A stretch of 64,000 bases of DNA from contig OX597823.1 in the NCBI GenBank assembly GCA_951406725.2, positions 39,060,001 through 39,124,000 on the forward strand. The letters run 5' to 3'. Every line of letters starts with the position of its first letter. Position 1 is the first letter of the stretch. The translations under genes and the position numbers were made by a program. This document shows, in pieces, positions 13,297 to 26,715 of the stretch. Source of the stretch: Octopus vulgaris (taxonomy: Eukaryota). The notes below the pieces were generated by a model. It saw only the letters and a program-made list of their open reading frames with translations. It had not been told where the DNA came from and ran no database searches.

Positions 13297-16200
13297 GTGA
13301 AAGAGTGCTGCGTTATAGTTCTACCACTTTGTCTGTGGAAGCATTGATAGCACCTCAATCAACTACTGTGAAAAGGTCTTTGAAAAACTTCCTTGGAGCC
13401 CCTGTTAAGTACCATCACTTAATATATGCAGGTCATGTCTTGCATGGCTCTGGAGAATGGATCTTGCAAGATGCCCCGTTTTCCTTTAGCAGTTTTGCTG
13501 CAACATTGAAAGATCCTGATGTTGAGAATGCTTTAAAACAACAAGAGGAAGGTATATTAAATATTCATTGTTTTGCAACTGGAGAATGGAACAATGCAAA
13601 CCTCTCAAAGGTTGGAAGCAAAGTTCTTCAAATTAATTTGAACCCCGAGGATAAACTTTCTGATTTGACTGGTGTTTTGCAATTTAGCACCTACCTGTGC
13701 AATTATGTGAAATGTAGGTCTCTAAAAGAAATGCTTCGATCTTCTGATGTTGTTGGTAATATCAGATTCAGCAAACCAACCCTGTACGTGTTCCCTGGTT
13801 GCCAAGGAGACTCTGCCTTGTTTGGAATCAGTGGTTTCAATCTATTAGTAAATGGTGGCTACAACAAAAAGGCTTGTTTCTGGGATTTCACTCGTCATCT
13901 TGACCGCATTGATGCACTCTTGCTCACACACTTGGGTATTGATAACCTTTTTGGTATTAATTCAGTCTTACATCGCAAGAGCATTGAAAATGTGCACCCA
14001 GAGATAGGCCATGTTTACTTCAATGCCCCAAAGGGTAACCGGAACTCACAAGATGAATCAGAATTGGACGGAAAACCATCAGCAGATAGTTTACTGATAA
14101 ATCTTTCTAATGAAGGAGATAAAATTACTGACTATGTGCGACAATTAAGACAAGTTGTTAACTCTTGTTCTCGACCTGCAACTTCTCCACAGATTGATCC
14201 AGTGAATCTTTATCATAAAGTTGGCCATGGATCTCTGGATATGTACATCATGAATCCTGTCCAAGACAGCAAAGAATTAAAGGAATTTTATCAGCAATGG
14301 AGTAAACAATCAATTCAGGTGAATGGGTCTCAATGTCCACTCCCAAACATGTTGTCCATATGTGCACTTTTAATCTGGCGACCAGCTGACCCATTAGAAA
14401 AAATTACTCGTATATTTTTCCCTGGGAATGCTCCTCAACACAAAATCATTGAAGGTCTTGAGAAAATGAAGACCCTAAATGTGTTGAAGTTTCCAAAGTG
14501 CTGTGATAAAGATCTGAATGCCCCAAAAACTGCAGTAAAAAAATCTGCACCATTGAAAGCTACTAGGACTACTTCAAAACCATTGGCTAGCAAGAGCGAA
14601 CCAATTAAACGTGAAGCTAAGGTTGAAGTGAAATCAAGGACATCACTTAGCAAAACTACCAACAAGGGATTGAAAGATGACACTAATAAAAAAACTAGCA
14701 AAGCAAAAGAAAAGGGTGATAAACCAAAATCAAGCAATAGTGTCTCACCTAAAATATCGCCTCCCACTGAAGTGGCTCCTTCAGCTCAATCTCCTTTGGA
14801 TGGTGTTCCTGCTATTTCTGAACCAGCTGCAGTGGTTAAAGAATCTCCTCCTGATCTAGTCCAGAAAGATTCTAATCTACTTGTAGATTTTGGCAGTACA
14901 CCTGCAGAAGCTCCTGCTTCCAGCCCTGCCTCAGATCCTTTACTTGATCTGATTGGCCATCCTTCAATGAAAGCTGAATCTGAACAATCAATGAATGCAA
15001 CTTCACCTTGTCTCATGAACAACCAATCACCTGAGCCTTTGCCAGACCCAACTCATGTGGAGAGAGATGCTACAGCTGAGCCTGAAGATGACCAACTTGG
15101 CAGTAGATTAAACATGAAACAAATGGAGGATATGGGTATTTATGATGACCTGATGGGTCATGCTCAGCGTTCTGATGATGCAATTGAAGCTGACAAGATT
15201 GTATCGTCTGGTTCTGAAGACAAAGGGTTTGATGAAATGGAAGAAGTTCAGCCAGAGTCACTACCAGAACCTGATTTGGTCCTTGAGAGCCAGCCTATTC
15301 AATATGATGATTCAAGGCATGGGTTTTCTGGAAACGAGTCAAGGGACATAACTGCAGACCTTCTTCCAAAACCTAAAACTTTACCTGAAAGTGAGATTAC
15401 TCCAGAAACAGCTGCTCCAGTTGAAATGAGTCCTGAGAGAGAACTTTCTCCTCCACTGCCCATGGATTCTTGTATGTCAACATCTATGTATGGTAGTTTG
15501 ATGGAGCCAGCCTTGCCATCACAGGCTGAGGTTTTGCAGAATCTCCAAGATGATATTTCAGAAGAAAAAACAAAAGATGACTCAATCTCAGAAGATTGTT
15601 CTGAGATTAAAGAGAACCAATTAATGCCGGAATGTGAAGAACTGTTGTCTGAGAAACCGCAAGATCTCTTTCCATCTGATCAGCCTAGTTGTGAGGCCAG
15701 CTCTCCAGCTTCTGGGAGATTCTCTCCTGAACACCAGAAGCATGATGCTGGACTAGAATCTCAAGATTATGAAAGTCAAGATGCTGAAGTTGAAGGTCAG
15801 CGTGCTGGTACTGAGTCTCCCTCGTTTGAAGGTCAGCGCTCAGGTACTGAGTCTCCCTCGTTTGAAGGTCAGCGCGCTGGTACTGAGTCTCCCTCGTTTG
15901 AAGGTCAGCGCGCTGGTACTGAGTCTCCCTCGTTTGAAGGTCAGCGCGCTGGTACTGAGTCTCCCTCGTTTGAAGGTCAGCGCGCTGGTACTGAGTCTCC
16001 CTCGTTTGAAGGTCAGCGCGACGGTACTGAGTCTCCCTCGTTTGAAGGTCAGCGCGACGGTACTGAGTCTCCCTCATTTGAAGGTCAACGTGACGGTACT
16101 GAGTCTCCCTCATTTGAAGGTCAGCATGCTGATTCCAAATCTCCCTCATATGAAGGTCAGCGCTCAGGTACTGAGTCTCCTTCGTTTGAAGGTCAGTGCA

Positions 16201-18209
16201 CAGCTACTGAATCTTCAACATTTGAAAATCAGCGTAGAGGCACAGAGTCCCCAGAGTACCAGAGGGAGCACTCTGACACAGAATCTCCAGAGTATGAAAG
16301 AGAGCACTCTGGCACAGAATCTCCAGAATATGAAAGGCAACATGCTAGTGCTGAGTCGCCAGTGTATGAGGATGAGCATGCCAGAAGTGAGTCCCCAGAA
16401 AGAGAACATGCAAGTGAGGAAGCCTTAGGTCACAGGGAACAGCATGACATGGCGGACAGTCCAGAAGAACAAGAAAGTACATCTGATGACCATTTGTCAG
16501 ATCGAATCAGTCCAGAGAGTAATCACGAAGAGATGCATCGTGAGACTGAGGAACTTGATGAACGTTACAGTCCTGAGGGTTATGAGGCTGAACAAGACTT
16601 TGGTGCTGCCTCACAAATGGAATTTCATGAAAAAGATGAAGACAAGGAGAACCATGGTCCGAAAGGTAGTATGCATCAGTCTGATAGTGGTACAGCCCTT
16701 GACCAGTGTGATGAAGCAGACAAGCAAATACATGAAGACCAAATTGATGATGAGGAAGATGAAGATTCTTCTGAAGTGGCTTCCCAACCTGAAACTAATG
16801 AAATGGCAATGGACTGGGATGAAAAAGAAAGAAGTCCTGAAGGCCAACACTTTGAAGAGCAACAAGATCATGTTGCAGCAGCAGTAGAACACATGACTGG
16901 TGCTAAAGATGATGCATCTTCAATACCAGCAGCTTTTGAAAAGGATGAGACTCCTCAACATGAGGGTGAAGCCAAAACAATGGAACAACCTGTGGATGTA
17001 CATCAATCTCACAGTGGTGAGTTCTCTAGTGAAGATGGGTTAACTGCTGAAAAAGAATTGGAAGATAGAGATGATACTGACTCTATTGATGGTGGTACAC
17101 CTGATGATGAAAAAGATATTGATGAATCTTGTGGTTCATCTAAACAGTTGTCTGAACAATCAGCTGCCGCATTTGGCTTGAATACCAGCAACTTGTCACC
17201 ACTGGCACCACCATTTTCTCCAAGTAATCAATCTTTTGATCCTTTTGGTCAACAAGGGAATGTTTCTTATATGGGAGGACAAGCTGCTAATTTTGAAGGC
17301 TTTAATGCTGATGCTAAACCATTTGAACCTGCTGATGAATGGGGGAAACCCATGAATCTCCCTAGCCCTCCACCACCTGAATCGAAAAAGCCAAATGGCG
17401 TAACTGCTGCAAGGAGCTCAACAACATCAACAATGAAATCTAGAACAACTCACTCAAAATTAGATTCGAAGACCACTGACAAAAAGTTAGCTGACAACAA
17501 AAAGACCGAGACTAAGAAACCAACAACTTTAGGAAAATCTAAACCTTTAACAGAACGAAAGACTGCAGCAAGCAGCAAGCCTGAGAAGAGGTTGGCCAAT
17601 GGGGATGCAGATCTGAAGAGTAAACCAAAGACTTCGGCTACTAGCTTGGATAAAAGATCATCTTCAGCAACTGCTGAGAGGAAACCTTTGACAAAATCAC
17701 GTCCTTTATCTTCCACAGCAGTTAAAGATATCAAGACTACAACCAGTGTTTCAAAAACGGAATCAAAGACCAAACTGTCAACAACCAAACGTCCGACTTC
17801 TACCACTAGTGGGAGCCGTACTTCTCCAGCCTCCAAACCTGCTCCTCCTTTACCCCCTCACACTACATTCTATGTAGACTTGACATATATTCCTAACCAT
17901 GGTGATCCAACATCAAGTGATATTGAATTCTTCAAGAGGATTCGAGCCCGTTACTATGTGCTAAGTGCCCTCTCGCCAAACCCTCAAATATTAAATGCTC
18001 TTCTGGAAGCCAAACAAACCTGGGAAGACAAAGAGCTGGAAGTTACAGTTATTCCAACATACGATAATGAAACATTAAGACATTGGATGGGTTTACATCG
18101 CGACCAATTGACTGATCTGAAGATTGATGTGGCCCCTTCTGCCAGCCGTTGCACAATCCAGTTACAGGATCACGAAACAAGTTGCTCAGCTTATAGACTA
18201 GAGTTCTAG
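13297..18209 (+). CDS. futsch: Microtubule-associated protein 1 family (futsch/MAP1B-like), giant terminal coding exon
   Basis: The exon lies within the 1641-aa ORF, with acceptor ttttttgcag at 13296. It has the N-terminal MAP1 block (KPTLYVFPGCQGDSALFGISGFNLLVNGG...CFWDFTRHLDRID, LYHKVGHGSLDMY, RIFFPGNAPQ), a Lys-rich basic region, an acidic middle, a WGKPMNLPSP motif and the light-chain C-terminus (YVDLTYIPNHG...EFFKRIRARYYVLS...VTVIPTYD...CSAYRLEF*). Confidence 0.95.
15791..16400 (+). repeat. Coding 36-bp minisatellite (12-aa EGQRxGTESPSF), about 17 units
   Basis: Nine near-identical units (15791-16114) are followed by about 8 degenerate units grading to xxEHxxTESPEY. Confidence 0.95.
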
Positions 18210-21000
18210 ATCAAGGAACTGCCCTTTCACTCTACTCACCTTTCTTCTCGCCTTAAACATGGCTAATGGACTCAGTTTGTCTCCATGAAATTTCTCCCCA
18301 CTTGTTTTCATCAAGCCCCTTTCCCCCCACCTCTTTGTGAACAAGTGAGACAATTAAAAAATTATTATTATAATAAAGGCTTTTTTTAATTTCCATTGCC
18401 TTTCATTCCTCCCATTCTAACCTGTTTTGCTGAGAAGGATCTGAGAATTTTTCTCAGTGAGGGGTGTATGGGATGGAATATGCTTTTCTTTTGAAATGCT
18501 GTTTAATTTCGGTAAAATGTTTGGTTCTTTCTACTGTTATCAGTGAGAAAGATGAAAATTACTCAGGCCGTTACTAAATGCAGGAACCTGCAGTAAGGCC
18601 TACATAATTTTAATAATAATAATGATAATAGTCTTCAAGTCAAAATGCTATGTTGTCATGTCTATTGCTGATCAATAAGAACCTACCCCATTCCCTGCTA
18701 CTTTCCCTTACAACCAAATATTAGCCCCCCGTCTCCTCCACACGTGTCCTGCATTGGTGTCACAATGGCTTTTTTGGCTGTCTAAATCCACTGGCTGGAA
18801 AATTTAACAAACGCATTAAATTAAAAAAAAATATAGAAAGACAAAAAAATAAATATTGACAAATTTTGAAAAATATATTATTACTGAACAGTAATAACAA
18901 AAAAATAATGAAGAATAAAATGTTTAAGTAAATTTAATTCTGGACAAAGTGGTTTTTTTTTTTTTTTTTTTGGACGCTGTTTTAAAATGATATAATAAAA
19001 ACAAAATAAGGCTTTCAACTGTATCATGGAAATCACAATCCCATGTCTTTGATACAACCAGCTGTTATTTATTTATTTTATGTTTTTTTTATTTATTTTT
19101 TCCTCCATTTTACCCTTGTAATTTTTTGTTTTTCTTGTTTGCAAAAAATGTCCTTTGCTGCCACCTACACTTGATCCCATCCCAACCCAGCTCCATGCCC
19201 AACATCTTTCTCCCTCTCATCTTTCTTCACTGCTGCTATGACTACACACACATACACCCATGCATGTGTTAACAGACCACTGCTTTTTCATTTTAGTGTA
19301 GAATATTTCTCTTCTGCTAAACTGAATTTCATTCTGTGCTTCATCTTTCAGATTTTCTCTTTGCTTTTTAATCTTTCTACCTCTCTATATATCTGACCCC
19401 ACTCCCTCTCTCTTTGATGGCAATCATTACTGTTGGGCTTTCGTGTTTTTTGTCTTTTACTCCACAGCTAAGGTAGAAATACAATGCTGTCTCTGAATAT
19501 TTTTTTACAATACAATCGAGAAATTCAATAAATTGTGATATAATTTCCTCTGTGTTGCTTGTCTAGGTTTATTCTTATAATTTATTTTTTATTTAACAAT
19601 AATAATGCTCTCTTTGTCCCCGAATATAAAAATAGTTATTGCAATATCAAGTTTGCATTTGTGTATCTTAAATATTTTCTAGTTGTCCTAACATTGAATT
19701 TAATGTTTTATGAGTTAACTGCTTATTAATTGTAACATACCTGGAGATGCAGTTTTAATTAAAACCAAATTTAACTAAAACTGAAGTTTTTGTTTCTCAT
19801 AGTTAGGATTATTGGTTCTTTATACCAGATTCACACAAGAATGACTGCTCTTATGTTAAAGCTAATTCTAATATTAAAGTTCATGATGATTATCTTGATA
19901 ATGATGATCCTATTATTTAAAAATGATTCGGTTGAACAAATTACACTGAAGAAATTAAGATTTTTTTTTATTTCAATTTTTTTTTTCTTCAACACTTTAA
20001 ACTGAAACTTACAAGGATGGGCAAAATTATTCACTTGTTTCAAGAGCAGCAAGAAATAACTAGGTGATGGGGAGCCCTGCTCAAGGAAAAATAAATAAAT
20101 AAAAGCAACTCTGCTTTGAGCTTTTTAATTAGCAATAGTTTAAAAAATATATTTTTTTAAATGATTAAACAAATTTAAATGTTAGATTATTTTCAGAGTT
20201 TATTATTTTGTTTATTTAAACATTCTCTCTGCTTTCTTGCCGCTAAATCTATACTTTTGGAATGTGTTGCTATTTATTGGACAGAATTTTTCTGTTTTCC
20301 AAACTTTTTTGATTTCTTTACATCATTTATTCTATATTTTATCTTATTTTGTATTTTTAAAATTTTAAAAAAAGTATATCTATATATACATTGTTGCTCT
20401 AATGAAATGAAATAATAAAAATCTTAAAAATCACATGTATGCTGGTAAGTATGTGCACAGGTGTAAAAACACATGCACACTTGATTGGCTGACAAATTTC
20501 CTTTTACTATTTTGCATTCAAGAAAGGCAACTACAGGTGGTCTCTTTCTGCTCTCTTTCTTTCTGTGCTCTCTCAACTATGTATATGCATGATTATGTAT
20601 GGCTTAACTTGTGTGTTGTTTGCCTAGTAAAGAGCAGTGCCTTGGTCAAATTGTGTTCACACTGCTTGCTAAAGAGCAGTTTATCTTTACACACACACAT
20701 ATACAAAACACATATGTTGCTCATGTAAACCAACCTTTTCAGCTCACCAATAAAGGATTTTGCTCTCCTATTTATTTTTTTCTTACTGGTGAAGTTTTCA
20801 TTTTCTTAGACTGGCTTTTGCTGATTTCTACTTTATTCTTTGGTTATTCTATGCTGCATTAATGGACAAACTCTAAAATCTAGTTCAACTTAAGTTTGGT
20901 TGTGTAGATTCAGTGCCAGTCTCAACTGTGTAAATTGACAAGCTGTCTGCTGGATTGCTATTTAATAAACAAAATAACTGATGTAAGAGTCAAATGTTTA
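18210..21000 (+). other. Probable long futsch 3' UTR
   Basis: A U-rich stretch after the stop codon with no recognisable SINE and several AATAAA (e.g. 18372, 20964, the latter followed by U-rich sequence). The end is uncertain. Confidence 0.45.
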
Positions 21001-22024
21001 GCCATTCAAACTTGTTACTTATTTTCTCTGACCTTACAGTCTGTACAAGAATAAGTTGGTCAAAGCCATTTTTTTTTCTTCAAAGTATCAATTTGTTATG
21101 CAAAATCCATTTAACTTGTAGGTAAATATATTGAGTAATTCATCTTGATTTTGAAGTAGGTGAATCTTTATTTCTGAAATTCAACCAAAACTGGATCAAG
21201 AATTTGTCTTGTGATGCTTTTGCTTAGGATTGAGGGACTCGGTGTCCGATAGAGAAATGCAATAGTGGTGATTTATGGAAAACCTAAAGGAGAAAATCTT
21301 TTAACTGCATTCTTCAATCATTAGAGATGATACCTTCATATGGTCAAATTGCTAGATATAGCACCCAAAATCTTCAAATTACTTGCTACCATTTTGAAGA
21401 CAGGAAGAACATATCAAAGATAGTTTTTTTGTGCCTACAGAGATGGTAGCCATAGTTGGACTATTAAAGCTGGGTTGCCAATAGCTAGCTATTCCTTTCT
21501 TTTCTGTGACATTAGATCATGAACAACTCTTGGTGACATGTCGAGCACCTTGTGTTAAGGAATTTTTTTGTATAAGAATACAGAAGTGATTTCTCTGTTA
21601 CCTTCTTTAAGAGTCTATCTTTGATATGTTTACTAAACCTTCCTTGGCACAAAACATATGAATCCTGCCTGGATTTTATCCAAGTCTTTAATTCTGCCAG
21701 TCCATTGCCATAAACGGGTAGATACTGGAAGGATGAAAGACTAAGCTGGCCTTTTTAAGTTCACAACAAGCAGTATAAAGCATTTTGTCATTTCATCTTC
21801 AATTATTATTAAAGAGAAATATAGCCAATTTTGCTAAGGTTTGTTTTTTCTATGAAGAAATTTTGGTTATTTTGCCAAGTGGGATATCAAATTCGGACAT
21901 TTGTATGAAATCTTAAAATAAGCATTGTATTTAAGGTCATTCTTTTGAGTTCAGTGAAAAGTAGCAGTAGAGCACTGGGGCTAGTCCCCCACTCCACAAA
22001 AAAAAAAAAAAATTCAGAAAGGAT

Positions 22025-22720
22025 TATTGGTTTCAAATTATATCACAAAGCCAGTTCCTGGGAGGGGGCAAGTTGTTTACATCAGCTCCAGTGCTCAACT
22101 GGTGCTTATTTATTGACCCCATAAGAATGGAAGACAAAGTTGAACTCAGAGCATAAAAAAAAAGATGAAATGCTAAGTGTTTTGCCTGGCGTGCTAACAA
22201 TTCTTCCAGCTGATCACCCTAGAAAGGACAGGACTGTTAGCATGTCTGACAAAATGCTTAGTGGCTTTTCTTCAGACTTTTCATCCTATCAGGGTTAATG
22301 AGTGCTAAGATCAGTTTATTAGACTATTGTTGCTGCCCGAAATCTTCAGGTCTCTTGTTTAGAGTAGAAAGGATTATGATGGTGGATTGACAGAATCAGA
22401 GAATTGGATAAAATTCCTTGCAATCTATAATTAGGGCTCTATACATTTTGAGTTATCAAATAGCTCCATCCCTTCAGATTTGCTGACCTTGCACATAAAT
22501 TAGAACCCATTAGGGAAGTGGATTAACAGCACCAGTAAAGCATCAAGTAAAATGCTTTGTGGTATTCCATATTTTTGTTTTGAGTTCAAATCCTGCTTAG
22601 TTCAATTTTTACCTTTTACCCACCTAGGTCAATAAAATACTGTACCAGTGAAGTGCTGGGGTTGATTTTAACTTAACAAACCCCTGCTATTCCAAGTTTC
22701 TGGCCTTGTTCCCATGTTTT
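22025..22720. mobile_element. Cluster of degenerate SINE family B copies
   Basis: One reverse copy (about 22030-22220), then forward copies with aaaatgctt, gagttcaaat and ggccttg motifs. Confidence 0.6.
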
Positions 22721-25700
22721 ATTATTGTTAATGCTTACTCATCTGTTAGAAAATGAGAGTATGTTTCTGCTGGATTCACTCCTATAATCTACTGTAGCAA
22801 GAATCCTGTAATAGAATTCCAAAAACATTAGAAATAACTAATATCATTGCCATTAGGGGAAGTAGAATCATTAAATTATGGTTTGTAATAGAACAATTTT
22901 GTTTCAGTTTTGTAAGTTGATTCTCTGAGCTGGGATGACATTGTTTTGACCCAATGTAGTAATTTCTAGAAATTGGAAAATCTACTAATAGAGATCAGTG
23001 AGGAGGAGAAAGCCATGGGGTTTCTAATCTAGTGTGATGTCTTAATTTGTCTTATTCTCTTTTGTATTTAATCTGATTTGGTTGGGTTTTGTTTAGTAAT
23101 GTCTTATGAATTACTAATCACTTCTGATGATTCATGAGGCCTTGAACTTTTAGAAGAAACATCTATATAGTGAAGTAAAAACAGCATGAATGAAGTTAAC
23201 TTGATTTATTTCCTGGTAAAAGTAAAATGTTAATGGACTTGACTCACCACCACTAAGCTAAACTACAAATTGATTTCTGGTCTTTTAGGGTCATTGTGCA
23301 ACTTGAGCAACAGTTTTTTTTTTTTTTTTTTTTTTCTTCTTTATGGATAAGCAGTTGCCCATACTGCCTTTGTTGTCACTGGTGTTACTGTCAGAATAGG
23401 GAGATCTACAGATACATGACATTCAATACTCTGACAGTTCTGCCAATCCACTGCTCTGAATTGGGTCTTTTTTCTCTTTTTCCTCCTATTGCTGCGCATG
23501 GTCTAGTGGTTAGGGTGTTGCACTCACGATTGGAAAAGTGTGGTTCCATTTCCCAAACTGGTTGATGTGTTATGTTCTTGAGCAAAACATTTCATGTTCA
23601 CTCAGCTGTAAATGAGTAAATCCTGCAATGAACTGGTATCCTTGTTCAGAGGTGGAATGTCACTTATACACCATGGAAACTGGGTAACCAGCTCAATGAG
23701 TATTAGGGCTTGAAATAGTAATTACCCTTTTTTTTTTTTTTATTACCTCTTGCTTTCCCCTTGGTGGAATTTAAATGCAGAGAGTCTTGTTAAATACCTA
23801 AAGGAATTCTATCGACGGCCTAGTCACTTATGTTTCCCCTGTGATAATCCATTGACAATAATTACATATACTACAAAAAATTTCACTATTTGGATTTGGC
23901 ATATTTTTAAAAGAGCCATTCATAATCGTTCATATTCCTCTAGGTAAAGAAAATTATTTTTAGTTAGTTTTACAGAGATTTAGATAACCAACTTAGAGTG
24001 GTTGCAATATATATTACAGAGACAAGCACTTATTGATAAAACGGGTATGGATTGTCTAAAGAAAATTACATTCAGTTGTAGGGAGACTACTTTTCCCCCA
24101 CAATAGGAATCGAGAGAGCATTCAGTTAAGCAGCAGGGAAATGAATACTCGACCACAGTAAGGGTTCAGAGAGCACTCAGCTAAGCAGCAAGGAGACCAT
24201 TATTTATTATTCTAAAATGGAGGCTTAAAATTATAAGATTGATATGTTTCTACATTCTGCAATGGCCATCAATATGGTTGGAGGATAAAAACCGAGAAGC
24301 AAATTTCTTTTTCAGGGTTGTCTCTGAGAATAATTTTTAAAAAATGGAAACAATGATTTCACAAATTGTACATAAATTCACTCAACATTGTTTTGATTTT
24401 ATCCAACGAAGTCAGAGGTTAAGGATAGCATACTTTTTCCGTACCTGTTAGTATTGATGTTTACAGGAGGGAATTCTAGAACGTTGTGACTTGTGGGGGA
24501 AGGATTAACCCTTTAGCATCTAAACCAGCTATATCTGGCCAAAATATTCCTTCTGGCCTCATACTTACCCTATAATGTCATTCTAAATATATACGATCAC
24601 AAAGGATTAAGGAAGTTGGGTAGATAAATAAATTGTAGATGAAAGAAAGCTCTGTAGGTTGAGGTATAAGAACAAAAGGCAGTAAATCTAATGGCCTGTG
24701 GTTAATATGCGTCAGTCACTGAGAAGTAAATTGATTGTGATATCTTACATTTGAGATATACGAGCTGTGTATTGTTCATCAGCAGGAAATGTGAAATAAA
24801 ATTGTTCTGGTGTTGTTGGAAGAGACATTATTTAGTCCCTGGTCTTCCTGATCAGGCATATAATCAAAGTATTCTAGTTGTAATCATTCTGTATTTTTAT
24901 TGGTTGCATTATCTAATGTATCCTTAAGTTAAACCAGGATGTGGTTTAAGGGAAGTTTGACTGTTATTTCAAGCAAGTTGAGTGACTAGAAACTTGTCAT
25001 TGAAAAATATGTATTTGAAAACTTAATAGAACTAGCGCCGAAATGGCTTAAGTGTGTGAGAAGGCCATTAACTCATGGAAAGAGGGTTATAGATATGAGG
25101 AACACCAGCATGAATAAAACACCTATAATGATTGAGTAATTTGATAAAGAAGTTCTGACTGAAAAGATTTAGGATTCACAGATCCTCAACATAGACAACT
25201 TAGCTGTGCTAGATCAACAAAGACTTTGCAAATGGTAAGGAGATAAGCGTTAGTTTTCCTGAAGTTGTTGGATAAAGAGACTGCTTGATGTCAAATGTGA
25301 GAAAATACATCTCCATTAGATCTTGCTCCATAGAAACCATGCAGGAAATCACTGGAGGAATATAAAAGAAACTGAAAACAATAAAAGGTTGTTTTTTACT
25401 GTCTTCAATGTCGTCGAGGTATTGGAAATGGGGTTGAAAATGGAAATTTGGAATTGGAAGAAAGCTTAATGATATTATCTGCAAGTGAGCTATCTTGACT
25501 GAAGAGAAGCAAGCCAGAGGATTCCACAAAGAACCCAAAGACCTTACTGTGATGTTATCCATAATTTAAAAAATGGTTCATCATGATTACTATTTTGTTT
25601 TTCATCATCATTATTTTAATGTCCCCTTTTTGAAGCTTGAGTAGATGGAGGTTACTAAGGCAGACTTTCTATGACTGGATACCCTTCCTGTTGCCAACCC

Positions 25701-26715
25701 TCACCTATTTCCAAGCAAGGTAATATTTCCTTATAGCCACAGATTATTAGTAATGAATAATACTACTTGTATGACACTCATTTACAGCTATCATACAATG
25801 TCAACACTAGGAGACACAAATATACACCCACACGTACATGTATATATTACATATATATGTATATATTTTATATATACACACATACATCAGGCCTCTCTCA
25901 TTTCTGGTTACCAAACCCATTCACACGGCTTTGGTCGACCAAGAACTATAGTGGAAGACACTTAGCCCAAGGTGCCATACAAATATTTTAATTTAATATG
26001 TGAGCTGCATGATGATGTCACAAGTGCTGGTAACAATACATACTGCAAACTGGTTGGTGTTAGGAAGGGCAGCCAGCCACAGAAACCATGTCAAAGCAGA
26101 CGATTGGAGCATCTTGTAGTCCTTGGACCCATTGGAGTCTATCAAAATCTTCCCAACTCATGCCAACATAGAACATGGATGTTAAATGATGATGTTGATA
26201 CTATATAGATACAGCCAGCCATTGCTTGCAAATGAGTATGACCTGTAACTTATATCCTACTTTCATTAGTTGCTTTAGATGCCTTTGTAATTACATAGAA
26301 GCAAAGATATTCACATGGTTTCCTCACTGTTAATCTAGAAGAATATCCAGGATGTGGTAGTTAGAGGGAGAAAGGGTTGCACCTGTACACAGCTGCTACT
26401 CATAGCTGAATGGGCTGGACAAACATATAATGAAGTATCTTGCTCAAGGACAATATACCACTTTGTTCAGGCATTGTAATCACAATCTAATCATCAGGAA
26501 TGTACACCCAGACCACTAGGCCACATTCCTATAGTAACAGAATGAATAGAGAGTGATTTTTTTTTTCCTAATCTTCCAGATTTTCCGTTACATTTTATCA
26601 GTTTATGTACAATGACAACTACAATCTTATTTTCAAAATTAAGCATTAATAGGCACAGGAACGGCTGTGTGGCTAACAAGCTTGACGTGTGCGTGTGTAT
26701 ATATATATATATATA

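Noticed and set aside
15685-16428. Overlapping 219-aa (+) and 154-aa (-) ORFs
   Set aside because: They are shadows of the 36-bp repeat, which happens to lack stops in those frames.
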